This document shows, piece after piece, positions 26,607 through 38,711 of a stretch of DNA of 64,000 nt. Positions within the stretch are counted from its first letter, which is position 1; every line of letters starts with the position of its first letter. Position numbers and translations under genes: made by a program. The notes below the pieces were generated by a model, which was not told the origin of the DNA, searched no databases, and was given only the letters and a program-made list of their open reading frames with translations. The DNA is from Eledone cirrhosa (Eukaryota): the NCBI GenBank assembly GCA_964016885.1, contig OZ024740.1, positions 140,430,001-140,494,000 of the forward strand, read 5' to 3'.

Positions 26607-28416
26607 AATAAACCTTTCAAGGATTTACACAAGTCCAGACTCCTGTCATTTTATTATAATATTTAACTCCGTACCAGCACCACCAACTACAAAAACGAAG
26701 ACGGTTGAACTGCTTTACGTTGAGTACTCTCCATATTATTACATTAAGATTGACCATACGGAATTGACCAGCTCTATCCAGTGGTGAACCTTCAAACCTG
26801 AATATATATATATATATACACTCACATTTGGAGTTTCAAATACAAGTGTATATATAAACATAGGTTAGAATGAAGATAGCTTGACACAAAATGATGTATT
26901 TTTATTTCTTATTTTAATCATTGAATATAATTACACCATAAACATATTTCACCCATGTCATTGCAATTCCTTGTCATTGCATTGAGTTCTGCTCATAATT
27001 AAATTAACATTGAAACCATTTTAGGTTCTGGTTTATTCATTTACCATTGGGGTTGGGGTACCTTCAGTTTCTCTTTCCAGGTATCATACCTTCCAGATAG
27101 GTTTTAGAGAGACTACAAGTTGGACATTCAATGTGGCTAAACAGTTTAAATTTATTAAAGATTATTTGTTGGATCATTTTTTCTAGCTGAAATCTTTTAC
27201 CTCTGTCAGTTAGTAGTAAGTTTTGTAGCATGGTTTTGAAATAATTCAATTTTTTAATGTGTTTTTGCAGACAAGGTATCACAATCTAATCCCTACAGAA
27301 ACACAAGAATGTAAGTGTTATATATAACACAATGCATTTATTCCCATTTAATTCATTTAAATAATAATTATTGAGGTTATAAAGATGGTTTTTCAATTGT
27401 TCTTTTTATCGGGATGGTCAACTTTTCTGGGTCAGTGTTATATATTTTGCAATTGCTGGAAAACAGGATGACTGGGTGCATCTAGGCCTGTGTAAAGCTG
27501 GTTATAGGCCCAGTTCACATGTTAAAAAAATAAGCAGGCCCGGTATCTGGGTCTTTAGCACCCTGAGTTTTCCAAATTATATAATTTCAACTTACAGTTT
27601 AGTAAGCTGACAAACCTAGTTTTTGTCACTTCTTGTTGTGATCACTCTAAGTAAATTACTAAGCCTGCATTTTCCACTGTACAATCCACACTCACCCATA
27701 CCAAATCATCTGACAGGTCATAACACCATACAACACTACCCACTGCCTTGGATATTTCCACAGTGCTGCTATACAGCAAATATGTTTAAGGATTTATTTA
27801 TTGATTGCAGGAAATTTAATTTAATTCTACACATTTATAGTTGGCCTTAATAGGAGCATGCCTGGAAAATGTTTAATAATAAATTTCCTTAATTGTGACA
27901 AAATAAATAACAACAAAATCTTGGTGAACAGGGCTATGTGATAATTACATGTCTTGGCCATAGATGCAATGCAGTTTTGGTAAAAGAATATGAAATTACA
28001 GTTCTTCAGCTAAATTTCCAACATTCTAACAACTCAGTTGCCTGAGTTATCTACTCATACATTTGATGCTGTTGACTTCAGAGAGCAGCACAAAATACTA
28101 TTCACGTCTTTCTCAAAGGCTCTGAAAAGGATTATAGTCACTGTCCTTACATCCATAACTAAACAATAAAAAAAAAAATGCCATTGTCAAATTACTTTCT
28201 CAAAGAGAGTAGGCACAAGATAACATCTAAGAGGGAAAGTAAAAACAAGATGAAATAATGATCATATATGATTTTATTGGGCACTATCAATCAATTAACA
28301 GATCAATAAATAATAAATAAATAAATTAATTGAAAATTACATCAAATATTGTCATCGAGTCACACAATCAGTTGCTAATGGGAGTGATCATGTAGAAAAT
28401 AATACTTGACAGTGAC

Positions 28417-29427
28417 TTATAAATTACGCTCCGATGGTTTCTTGAACTTCATTCCAATATAGTCGAATGTATCTTGTTCAGAAGACACAGGCAATGGCTC
28501 TCCTGGAATCCCTGTACTTCCCATTGGTCGAATGCAGTATTCATTGAGTGTAAATCCATTTTCCAAAGCACGACCCCGCATATCTTTATTGAACATATCG
28601 CTACCGGTGAAATAAAGCAGTGCACAATAATACTGGTCATGAGGGATTAAACGGAGATCAAATCTTCGAAAATGTCGCTTGGTTTCCTTGTCATGCTCTG
28701 GAAGACGACAGACCCCCATAAATTTTGAGTCCCCCATAGAAATAGTATCCGTTATCAACCCCTTATTGGTGAGATATTTTACTACTGCCTTAAGCAATTC
28801 TGGTTTCTTCTTATCAGCAGCAACATAGTCTGGATGTGTTAACAAAACATCAATGTCTCCAGAAGAAATAGCCCCTCTTCGATAACTTCCACAAACTTTA
28901 GCTTCATACTTGGGGTCAACTTTGTTGATTCTTGCTAATATTCTGTCTCGTAAATCAGTTATTTCTTCACGAGGAATTCTCATTTCAAAGTCTTCAAAAT
29001 GTTTCACACCAATTTTCTGGTGGTGATTCAGTTTATCAGTGATCTTCCGGAGATCTTCAATATCTTTTATTCCATCCTTGGCAAAGTTGGCAGCTGCAGC
29101 AGGACCTATTCCAGACACTTTGGTCAATTCACTGATGGCCATATTCATGTCATTAGCTCGGATTTTGTTCAGCTTTTCAAGCTGTCCTGTACGAATGAAT
29201 TCATCAATTTTTTTGCCTATTTTATCTCCTATACCATTCAGCCTCTTTGCTTCTTCTCCATTTTTAATCCTCGTAGGGTGCTTAGCAAGAAGTCCAGCAG
29301 CTTTTCGATAAACGTTATACTTATGCAAGGCACGTGTGACATTCTTTTCATAATTGGCAAGCTCCATGAGAAAGTCACAGAAATCTGAATTCAGATTTTC
29401 AGTATGTGGGTTCTTTCGTTTACTCAT
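28417..29427 (-). CDS. POLB: DNA polymerase beta (family X), single-exon CDS, 336 aa
   Basis: MSKRK N-terminus, lyase HhH GIGDKIGKKIDE, VSGIGP, CGSYRRG, catalytic GDIDVLL and RRFDLR, YFTGSDMFNKDMR, C-terminal PSER. Confidence 0.97.
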   Translation of the reverse strand: MSKRKNPHTENLNSDFCDFLMELANYEKNVTRALHKYNVYRKAAGLLAKHPTRIKNGEEAKRLNGIGDKIGKKIDEFIRTGQLEKLNKIRANDMNMAISELTKVSGIGPAAAANFAKDGIKDIEDLRKITDKLNHHQKIGVKHFEDFEMRIPREEITDLRDRILARINKVDPKYEAKVCGSYRRGAISSGDIDVLLTHPDYVAADKKKPELLKAVVKYLTNKGLITDTISMGDSKFMGVCRLPEHDKETKRHFRRFDLRLIPHDQYYCALLYFTGSDMFNKDMRGRALENGFTLNEYCIRPMGSTGIPGEPLPVSSEQDTFDYIGMKFKKPSERNL

Positions 29428-29450
29428 TCTGTTTCAATAACTGGAATGTC

Positions 29451-29474
29451 CTGAAAACAATAAAAAAAAAAAAC
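29451..29474 (-). promoter_or_regulatory. Splice acceptor of a POLB 5'UTR intron
   Basis: Minus strand poly-T tract then attgttttcag|gacattccag, 23 nt before the ATG. Confidence 0.75.
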
Positions 29475-30239
29475 AATTGTCAGATTTTACTCTTATTTTA
29501 TTCATTTTTAATTAATTCTTTTAACCTTTACATTACCAGATTTCTAATGAAAGACATTCTCATATATTTTCAAATCATTTTTAAAATAGCCAAGAATTTG
29601 CAGAGATTTAGTAATATAACAAACTTTCTTTATTAAGCTGGAACATAACAAGGGTTATTACATAAAATTATGATGAACGTTTTTAAAATAAACTGCTTAG
29701 TATTGTAGCACCAGGGGCAGTTTCATATGATTTGGTATTAAAAGGGTTAATAAAGCTTCTTTTTTAAGTATCATATTTTTTTTTTATTTCAAAAGAGTTG
29801 ACCAATTCCAGCTTTCATCAAGTGAAGGTAGGAATATTAGCAAGTGGCAGTTATAACATTGTAAAAGCTAATATGAGGAAGTAGGAAACAGATATATAAA
29901 TTGCAATTGATAGTGTTATTGTCATGATAAAACGCACCCAGTCATCGCTGAAAAGTGGTAGTGTTGGTGTCATAAAATGCACCCAGTACACGCTATAATA
30001 TGGATATCATGCACAAAATGAATATATGAGTAAGATATGTTTCCCCAACTTGTTTAATCTCAAACTGGTGGCAGTGGTGGTGATGGTATGAATTTTTCAA
30101 AAGTTAAACAGAGGCATAAAATGTTCAAATTACTTGGGAAAATACACTGTGCTTTTTATAAATGATGCGACAGAAAAAAGAAAGATATACTAGTGAGACA
30201 GTAATGATTAACATATTTGATGACGATATAATAATGTAA

Positions 30240-33200
30240 TAACCCCAAATGTAATAACCAACATAACCCCAACCCCATCCCCCTCACCCCTCCCCGAGCC
30301 CCACCGTTCCCACCCACCAAACGCAACCCAAAACTTCAGAGTTGGTACCATAAATGTAGGCACCTTAAAAGGTTACTCTAATGAGGTTGTAGAAATGCTT
30401 GAGCGTAAGGAGGTTGATGTTTGCTGTATCCAAGAGACCAGATGGAGGGGTGGGTCTGCTAGATTCATTGTGGGTAAAAAACGATGCTATAAGCTTTTCT
30501 GGGTGGGAAATGACAATGGGCTGGGTGGGGTAGGAATCATGTTAGCAGAAAAATGGGTAGATAAGATAATAGACGTAAATAGAGTGAACGACAGAATAAT
30601 TAAAATAAGACTTGTCCTAAATAGAACTACTGTGACAGTAATATCTACGTATGCACCCCAATCCGGACTGCCTGGCATTATAAAAGATAGATTCTATGAG
30701 ACATTGATGCTCACTACCTCCCAAATAACCGACAGTGACTACATAATTATTGCTGGCGACCTAAATGGTCACATTGGACAACATTGTGATGGCTATGACG
30801 GAATCCATGGAGGCTATGGGTTTGGTACTAGAAATGAGGAAGGCTCCAGAATCCTGGAATTCTGTGATGCAAATAACCTAACTATCTGTAACACTAACTT
30901 CAAAAAACGAGACAATCACCTATAGATCAGGGGAACATGCCAGTCAGATAGATTATATCCTTACCAGAAGACGGGATAGAGTGTCTGTTGTAAACACTAA
31001 ATCCCTCCCCCATGAAGAATGCACCTCCCAACATAGACTCATAGTCAGGACAAGACGTACTCGACAACAGAGGAGGACTATCCTCAGGAGAAAAATATGG
31101 AAGCTAAAGGACCCAACAGCCAGTAATAAATTTAAAAGCATATTACTTGATGCTTTTGACAGTAAGGAGGAGCAATTAGAGTCGTACAATATAGAGGAAC
31201 AGTGGGAATTCCTGAAAGCTAACCTGATGAAGGCGACAGATGAAGTCTGTGGCTGGAGCAGACCTATAGGCAGGAGGAGAGTAACGTGGTGGTGGAACAG
31301 TAAGGTGGAGGAGTCAATTAAGGCCAAAAAGCAGGCTTGGAAAGTATGGCGGGATGGGGGAAGTAGAGAAGACTATCAAGTGGCCAGGAAGGAAGCTAGG
31401 AGACAAGTGTACTTCGCAAGAAGGGAAGCAGAGGAAAGAAAGTTCAAGCATGTTCTACAATGCGAGGACCAAAAACGTGTGGTGTTCAGGATTGCTAGGC
31501 AATGTGTCAAGGAAAACAGTGATATTGTCGGGGAGAAGTGTGTCCTTAATGATGATGGTGTACTTGCCATCACTGACGCTGATAAGAAGGTAGCTTGGAA
31601 GTGTCACTACGAAAGGCTACTAAATGAGGAGAATAAATGGGAGAAAGATAGTCTCCCCCACATTGATCCAATAGAGGGACCAGCAGTGCTAGTTGAAGGT
31701 AGTATAATAAGTAAGGCAATCAAAGATATGAAGACGGGTAAGGCGGCTGGGCCTTCGGAAATAGTTGCTGAAATGCTGAAAGCATCTGGAATGGTGGGAC
31801 ACACTATGGTCAACCGGATAGTAAACCAAGTCATACAGAATGGGGTCGTTCCGAAGGACTGGCGTAGCAGCATCATCATTAACTGCTACAAGGGTAAAGG
31901 AGATGCCCTAGATAGGGGTAACTATAGAGGCATTAAATTAATCGACCAGGTCATGAAGGTCACAGAAAAAGTAATAGCGCAACTAATCAGAGAGCGAACT
32001 GATCTAGATGAAATGCAGTTTGGGTTTGTGTCAGGTAAAAGTACCACAGACGCTCTTTTCATTGTACGACAACTACAGGACAAGTACCTAGCTAAAAGTA
32101 AACCCCTATACTTAGCTTTTGTTGACTTGGAGAAAGCCTTTGACAGAGTCCCCCGCTCCATTATCTGGCGGGCTCTTAGAAAACTAGGTGTTGATGAATG
32201 GCTTGTGAGAGCTATACAAGCCATGTATAAAGAAACAGTCAGCAAGGTTAGAATTAACAACGAATATAGTGAAGAGTTTAGTGTAAAAGTTGGTGTTCAT
32301 CAGGGCTCTGTTCTTAACCCCCTACTATTTATTATTGCTCTTCAGGCTATAACAGAGGAGTTCAAGACCGGCTGCCCACGGGAACTCCTATACGCAGATG
32401 ATCTAACGCTCATAGCTGAATCAATGGCTGAACTAGAGAAGAAATTCCAAACATGGAAGCATGGCCTAGAATCAAAAGGCCTTAAAATTAACCTTTCTAA
32501 GACTAAAGTTCTAGTTTGTAGGAAGGAAAATAGGGCACCGGTCCCATCTGGGAAATGGCCATGCTTAGTGTGGAGGAAAGGAGTAGGCAGAAACTCCATT
32601 TTATGTCCCAAATGCAAAGTATGGGTGCATAAAAGATGTAGTGGGATCACAGGTAAGCTAACTAAGAATATAGATTTTATATGTGGCCGGTGCTCTGGTG
32701 CAATAAGTAGCAGCAAGTGGCCACAGAATACTAGTTCATTCCATTGCACAGATGGTTCTATAGAAATAGTGGACACCTTCCGTTACCTGGGTGACAAAAT
32801 CAGCAGTGGTGGAGGGTGCTCTGAAAGTACAGTAGCTAGAGTCAGAACGGGATGGAAAAAGTTCAGAGAGCTTATACCACTATTGGCCGCTGAAGGGTTC
32901 TCTCTAAAAATGAAAGGCAGGCTGTATGATGCCTGCATACGAACAGCAATGTTACATAGCAGTGAGACTTGGGCATTGTGTGCAGAGGATATACGCAGAC
33001 TGGAGAGGAACGAAGCTTGCATGCTCCGCTGGATATGTAATAGTAATATACGTGAACGGCAAAGCATAAACGAACTAAGGGAGAAATTAGGAATAAGAGG
33101 GATCAGATGTTGTTTACTCAAGAGAAGACTACGTTGGTACGGTCACGTGATGCGTATGAAAGACGACAGCTGTATAAAAAAGTGCAGGGCGATAAAAATA

Positions 33201-33741
33201 GACGGTAGCCACAGAGTAGGCAGACCCAGAAAAACCTGGGATGACTTGATAAATTCCGACCTCACACACTTACACCTCTCCAAGACAATGTCACTGGACC
33301 GAGATCTTTGGCGCTACACAGTAATACAGAAGACCCGCCTTGCCTAAGTACAAAGTGAAACCTACAGTCAGTAGGCACTTCTAACAAAAACACCCCCACC
33401 CACCCGTCCCACTACCCCCACCCCATCCACACCACCCCTTTCAATGTAAAGTTATGTTGGTACCACAACATCCAGTCCGAAACAAATGAGGTCGTGTAGG
33501 TGTCATGACAAAAAAAACACAGTCCACGCTGTAATGTGGCCGTGTAGGTAACACAGTAAAAACCTCCCAGTCCACACTGTAAACGTGGTTGGTGTTAGGA
33601 AGGGCATCCAGCCATAGAAAACCCGCCAGACAGTCCTATACAAGCAAGACAACCAATCTTGCCTCAAGTGGGAAAATTCCCGTCCAAACCCATGCAAGCG
33701 TGGAAGATGGATGTTAAACGATGATGATGATGATGATGATG
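30240..33741 (+). mobile_element. Nearly full-length RTE LINE (APE + RT), one frameshift near 30920
   Basis: FRVGTINVGTL, CIQETRW, YAPQ, GDLNGHIG. The 788-aa ORF has DLEKAFD, GVHQGSVL and YADD. 3'UTR and (GAT)n tail present. Confidence 0.95.
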
Positions 33742-34435
33742 AATGCCTGCTGATCATATTGCTATTAATAATTATTACATTTTTCTATGAAAATGGGAGT
33801 GTCTATGTTGTTCATTGGTTCAGCCATCTCACTATTTCAATCTAGATGGGTTTACAATCATCGTTATCGTTTTAATGTCGACTTTCTCGGCTAGCAAGGG
33901 TTGGATGGGTCTACATAGACCAAGTCAGTACTGAAGTGGGATACTGACGTCCCAGACAGGTCAAGGCTCTGTGTCTCCCTTATGTATGGTCTCACATTCT
34001 ACTAGGGAGGCTGCCATGTCCTTGACATGACTGAGGGGTGCTCCAAGCCCTTTGTTTGACAATCTTTCTATGTTCTTCCTACCACCAATGGATTTTAAAG
34101 GTGATGCGAACATCATTTGTGCAATATTGATGGAATATTTTCCACATCATACAGATGATGTAGTGCTCATGGTGGTGTTCAAGAGAGTAGAGTTTGAGAT
34201 TTTCTAGTCGACCTCAATACTCAAAGCCTGTCACACTGTCTATCCTTTTTGTAATTGATCTCTGGGATGCTTCAAATTTCAAAATACTTTGTTTCATATA
34301 AGGAGACCACAGTATTCAAGGTGAGGTGAGGCAAAGGTAGAGTAGAGTAGGATGACAGTATGAATTTCTCTAGACTGAAAAGTTCTGAAAATCCAATGTA
34401 TCCTTATTTGGATCTAAACATTTACACATAAAGAC

Positions 34436-34530
34436 TCACATATCTGAAGAGCTGTCAATTAGGGAGTCGAGCCCAATTGTGATCAATTGTACCTTGAGCT
34501 GATCGGTAACAAAACACGTGTAATGTGTGA
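34436..34530 (+). ncRNA. Decayed type I hammerhead (third family)
   Basis: tcacatat-CTGAAGA...c-AAAAC-acgt-G-TA-atgtgtga-ataaa. GAAA is mutated to AAAA. Confidence 0.5.
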
Positions 34531-34590
34531 ATAAAATATGTATATGTTGCTATCTTGATACTTTGTTTCTAGCCTGCTTATTATTATTAT

Positions 34591-34622
<32 letters not shown>

Positions 34623-35279
34623 CATCATCATCATCATCATCGTTTAACGTCCATTTTCCACGCTAGCATGGGTTAGATGGCTTGTCCTATTAGAAGTAAG
34701 TTGGGTCAGGTGACCATGTCTTGCTCATATAGAACTGCTTCTGGCTTGGTTTTTATGGCTGGATGCCTTTCCTAATGCCAAACACATTTACATATTTCTA
34801 TAAGTAGGGAACAGCTTTTCTTTCAAATATGCCATATTGAAAACATGACTATGCTCCAGTTTGATCATTTATCAAAGATTTTTCTCATTTCCTTATTGGT
34901 TCTTTATGCCTATAACAAAAGCCTAGAACAAAAGCATCCCTAAATCCATATATGTATTAACATTTTGACCTCTTCAAAACCCCATCTTTAGAATCAGAAT
35001 GGTCATACTAATGCTATATTGGTCTTGCGCTTAGTAGTGGTCATAAAGAAGCATGTAAGTGGTAGTAAATCATTATCATCATTGCCATTTTGCATTTATT
35101 TTCAATAATGGCATGAGTTGAACAAGTTATCAAATTTTGAGATTTGAAATATCAGATAACCATGTCCTGCTTACAAGTTCCATTTTGGCATGGTTTCAAT
35201 CACTAGATGTCCTTTCTAATGCCAACCACTTTACTACATGTCCTGGGTACATTTTATCATGGCACCAACATTACCACCT

Positions 35280-36920
35280 TTCTCATTGTTAATTCTAACC
35301 TTGCTGGCTGCACGTCTGTACATGAACTGTACAGCCCTCACAAGCCACTCATCTAGCCCTAGTTTCCTAAGAGTCCACTAGATTACAGAGTGAGGTACCC
35401 AGTCAAAAACTTTCTCTGGGTCCACAAAAGCTAAGTAAAGAGGCTTACTCTTCTACAATTGTCTCAAGGAAGAGGGCACCAATGGTACCTTTATACCTCT
35501 ACCTAGCACAAAGTCGAATTGCATCTTGTTAGCTCTGTCTCCAATCAGCTGTACACTAACTGTTTCAGTAACTTTCATGACCTGGTCCATCAAGTTGATG
35601 CTTCTATAGTTTCCTCTATCCAGTGCATCTCACTTGCTAGTATGGCAGTTGACAATGATGCTGCTATGCCAGTGGTTGGGTATGACATCATCCTGTATTA
35701 CCTGATTTACTGAATGTGAGATTAATGTGTAACCCACCATCCCATTTCCTTTCAGTATCTCAGCAACTATTTCTGATAGTCCAGCTTCTTTGCTTGTCTT
35801 CATATCCTTGACTGCCCCACCTACCATATGGCTGCAAACTTGGATGGCCAGCCCCTCGGTTGGGTCTAGCTGTTGGGTTGTTTTTTTCCCATGTATTTTC
35901 CTCATTCAATAATCTCTCATAACGGCACTTCCACAATTCTTTATTTTCTTGGCATCAATGAGGACAAGTATGCCATTGCCATTTTGGATGCACTTCCCCA
36001 CTAAAACATATTTATTTTCCTTAGCATACTGCCTTGCAATCTGAAACACCTCAAATATTTGGCCCTCACAGTAAAGAACATGTGCAACTTCTTACTTTCT
36101 GCTTCCCTACATGCAGAGTATACCTGATGTCTAGCTTCTCTCCCAGCTTCTTGTTATTGTTCTCAGCCTCACCCATTCTGCTAGTCTGTCCATACATATT
36201 TTAGCTTTAATTGCCTCATTCACCCTACTATTCCACCATCAAGTCAGCTTCCTTCTTCTTGGAGCCTTGCTCAGCCACAGAACTTAGCTGTAGTCTTCAG
36301 CAGTTTATCTCTCAGGAACCCCTAGTTTTTCTCTATGTTGTAGGTATCTATCTTTTCTTTCTTACTGTCATAAGCATGAACCCAAGTACCTCTAAATTTG
36401 TTACTGAGTATGAGCTCCTGCAGCTTCTATGTCCTTGCCTTCAGTCTCTGAGTTTGACTAGTCTTAAAATTGAAAGTCGCTGACTACTAAACTATGTTGG
36501 GAGGTGAATAGCTCATTGGGGAAAGACTGCGTTTGCAAACTTCAGCCTATCTCAACTTCCTATGAAAATAAAATCTACAGATGATCAAGTAGCTGGCTAG
36601 TTTTCTGAAAATAGTGTTGCATATAGTCAGATCAATAGCATCACAGAACTCCAGTTGAGAATGCCAGAGCGTGCTGTTTCAAGATTTGTTAATCTTTCAT
36701 CATTCACTTAACCAGTACTGAAATGGTTCATGCTTATGACAGTAAGGAAGAAAAGATGGCTACCTACAACACCGAGAAAAAACTGGGGGTTCCTGAAAGA
36801 TAATATGCTGAAGACTACAGCAAAAATCTGTGACTGAGCAAGGCTCCAAGAAGAAGGAGGCTGACTTCGTGGTGGAAAAGTAGGGTGAATGCAGCAATTA
36901 AAGCTAAGATATGCATGAAG
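35280..36920 (-). mobile_element. Old RTE fragment with an inverted duplication
   Basis: LDPTEGLAI...AGLSEIVAEILK...WHSSIIVNC. About 36190-36382 is mirrored at about 36724-36918. Confidence 0.75.
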
Positions 36921-38711
36921 CAAAGTGAAATTAGTTAAGAGGCAGGGGTAAGAATTTCACTTCACCACCTTTCATATTCCTGCCTATCAATTTTATCTAA
37001 CCAACAACAAATATTCTTCTAACTATATAAGAAAAAAAAAACATAATCACACGCACACAAACGAAAGTGAATATCGTCTGGTGGGGTTTATATGAAGTTT
37101 ACATTTACATTTTCCTCTTTTTTTTTTTCGTTGTTTTTCATTGAACAAGACCGAATACGTTGGTGTTTCTTTTTCTGGATTTATTGATATCCGAGCTAGT
37201 TTTAGCTGGTCGAGCGACCAAGTAGAGATTTGTCGTTGTGGCGTAACTTTTGAACAGCTCCAAGTAATAATCGAAGGGAGAGAATTCGTGTAGGCCTTCC
37301 TCTGTATGTTTCAAGGTTTACTTCCCCTTGACTCTCAAATTGATCTGATTTAACTAAACTTTTATCAGGGCGGGGGATTGGCAGAACCATAAGAGAGTCG
37401 GACAAATGCTTAGCAGTTTTTTTCCCGGCTCTTTATATTCTGAGTTCAAATCCCGCCGAAGGCGATAAAATAAAGTACCAGCCAATTACTGGGGTCGATA
37501 TAATCGATTTCCCCTTACCCCACAAAAATTGCCTGATCTAAAAAATATATTAGATATTTTCCAGCTATGACTACATTATCTAATGTCACGTTCCTTTTAA
37601 AACACTATAGTGTCACCTGTCGGGGATTTAACTGCTATTTCTAGCAGATTTAACTTTTTGGCTGATATGTCAATGTGTATTGTATAATTATTTATCATCA
37701 GCAATGCTTATTTATGTCAAGATACCATCTTTTCGAAATTTCTCTGGACTGTTATACATATCGTGTAATTAATATATTGCGGTTTTGATGGGACAGACAC
37801 ATCTCCACTCATGAACTTATTCTAGATTAATTAAGTTAACTAAATCATCATCATCTTCATTTAACATCTGCTTTTTTATGCTAACATTAGCTGGATGAGT
37901 CATCTCAGACAAAGTCAATACTCAATCAGAGCTACTGACCGCTCAAAGGGGCAGGAAGACCATGTCTCATTTACATATATTCCAGCACTTTACAGAATGT
38001 ACTGGATGCACTTAATAATTTATTTTAAAATCTTAATTGGTACTATTTCATTTCAAATTAAATACTATTAAGTTAACTAAATGTTGATGGTTTCTTGTTT
38101 GCATTTTTCGTAATAGATGTGCTTTTAAATTGAAATTATTTTAAAAATTAGATGAGTAGATAAAAAAGTTGTTTCGGTAATACAAAAAATCTAAGTTATT
38201 TTTTCACATTCCCTATTATCAATACTTTTATTTTAAACTACGATTCAAATTTAAAGTTTAACCTCATCAATTTATAAGTGATTTTCTTAGTCGAGAGAGA
38301 ACAGAGATGTGGTAACAATCATGCTTCTCCCAAGTACAGCTGATGAAAAGCAGTGAATCAGTAAGTAGTTTGGTGTTTACCAACCAATGAGGAGGCAATA
38401 ACATGGCCGCAGGCTCAAGTTGCTAGAAATAGCAACTAAATCTCCATCAAATTTCAACATACTGTCATTGAAAAGTTGGAATGTCTTCGATCATAGCTTT
38501 GCTGCCTTGGAACAAATGACCTGCGAAGAGGAAAGATCATCATCATCATCTTCGTTTAACGTCCATCTTCCACGCTAGCATGGGTTAGACGGGAGTTGTC
38601 CCACTTGAGGCAAGGTTGGTCGGGTGACCGTGTCTCGGTCATATAGGACTATCTGGCAGGTTTTCTACGGCTGGATGCCCTTCCTAACACCAACCACATT
38701 TACATATATAT

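Larger units (their letters stand above)
23996..26804 (-). mobile_element. Hammerhead-bearing non-coding element (retrozyme-like or non-autonomous Penelope-like) inserted in (TA)n
   Basis: 150-bp direct repeats 23996-24145 and 26389-26538. Inverted repeat 26259-26512/26537-26804. (TA)n on both flanks and no recognisable ORF. Confidence 0.75.

Noticed and set aside
28449-29388. Overlapping and antisense ORFs within POLB (and similarly within RT genes)
   Set aside because: Shadow frames with no recognisable motifs.
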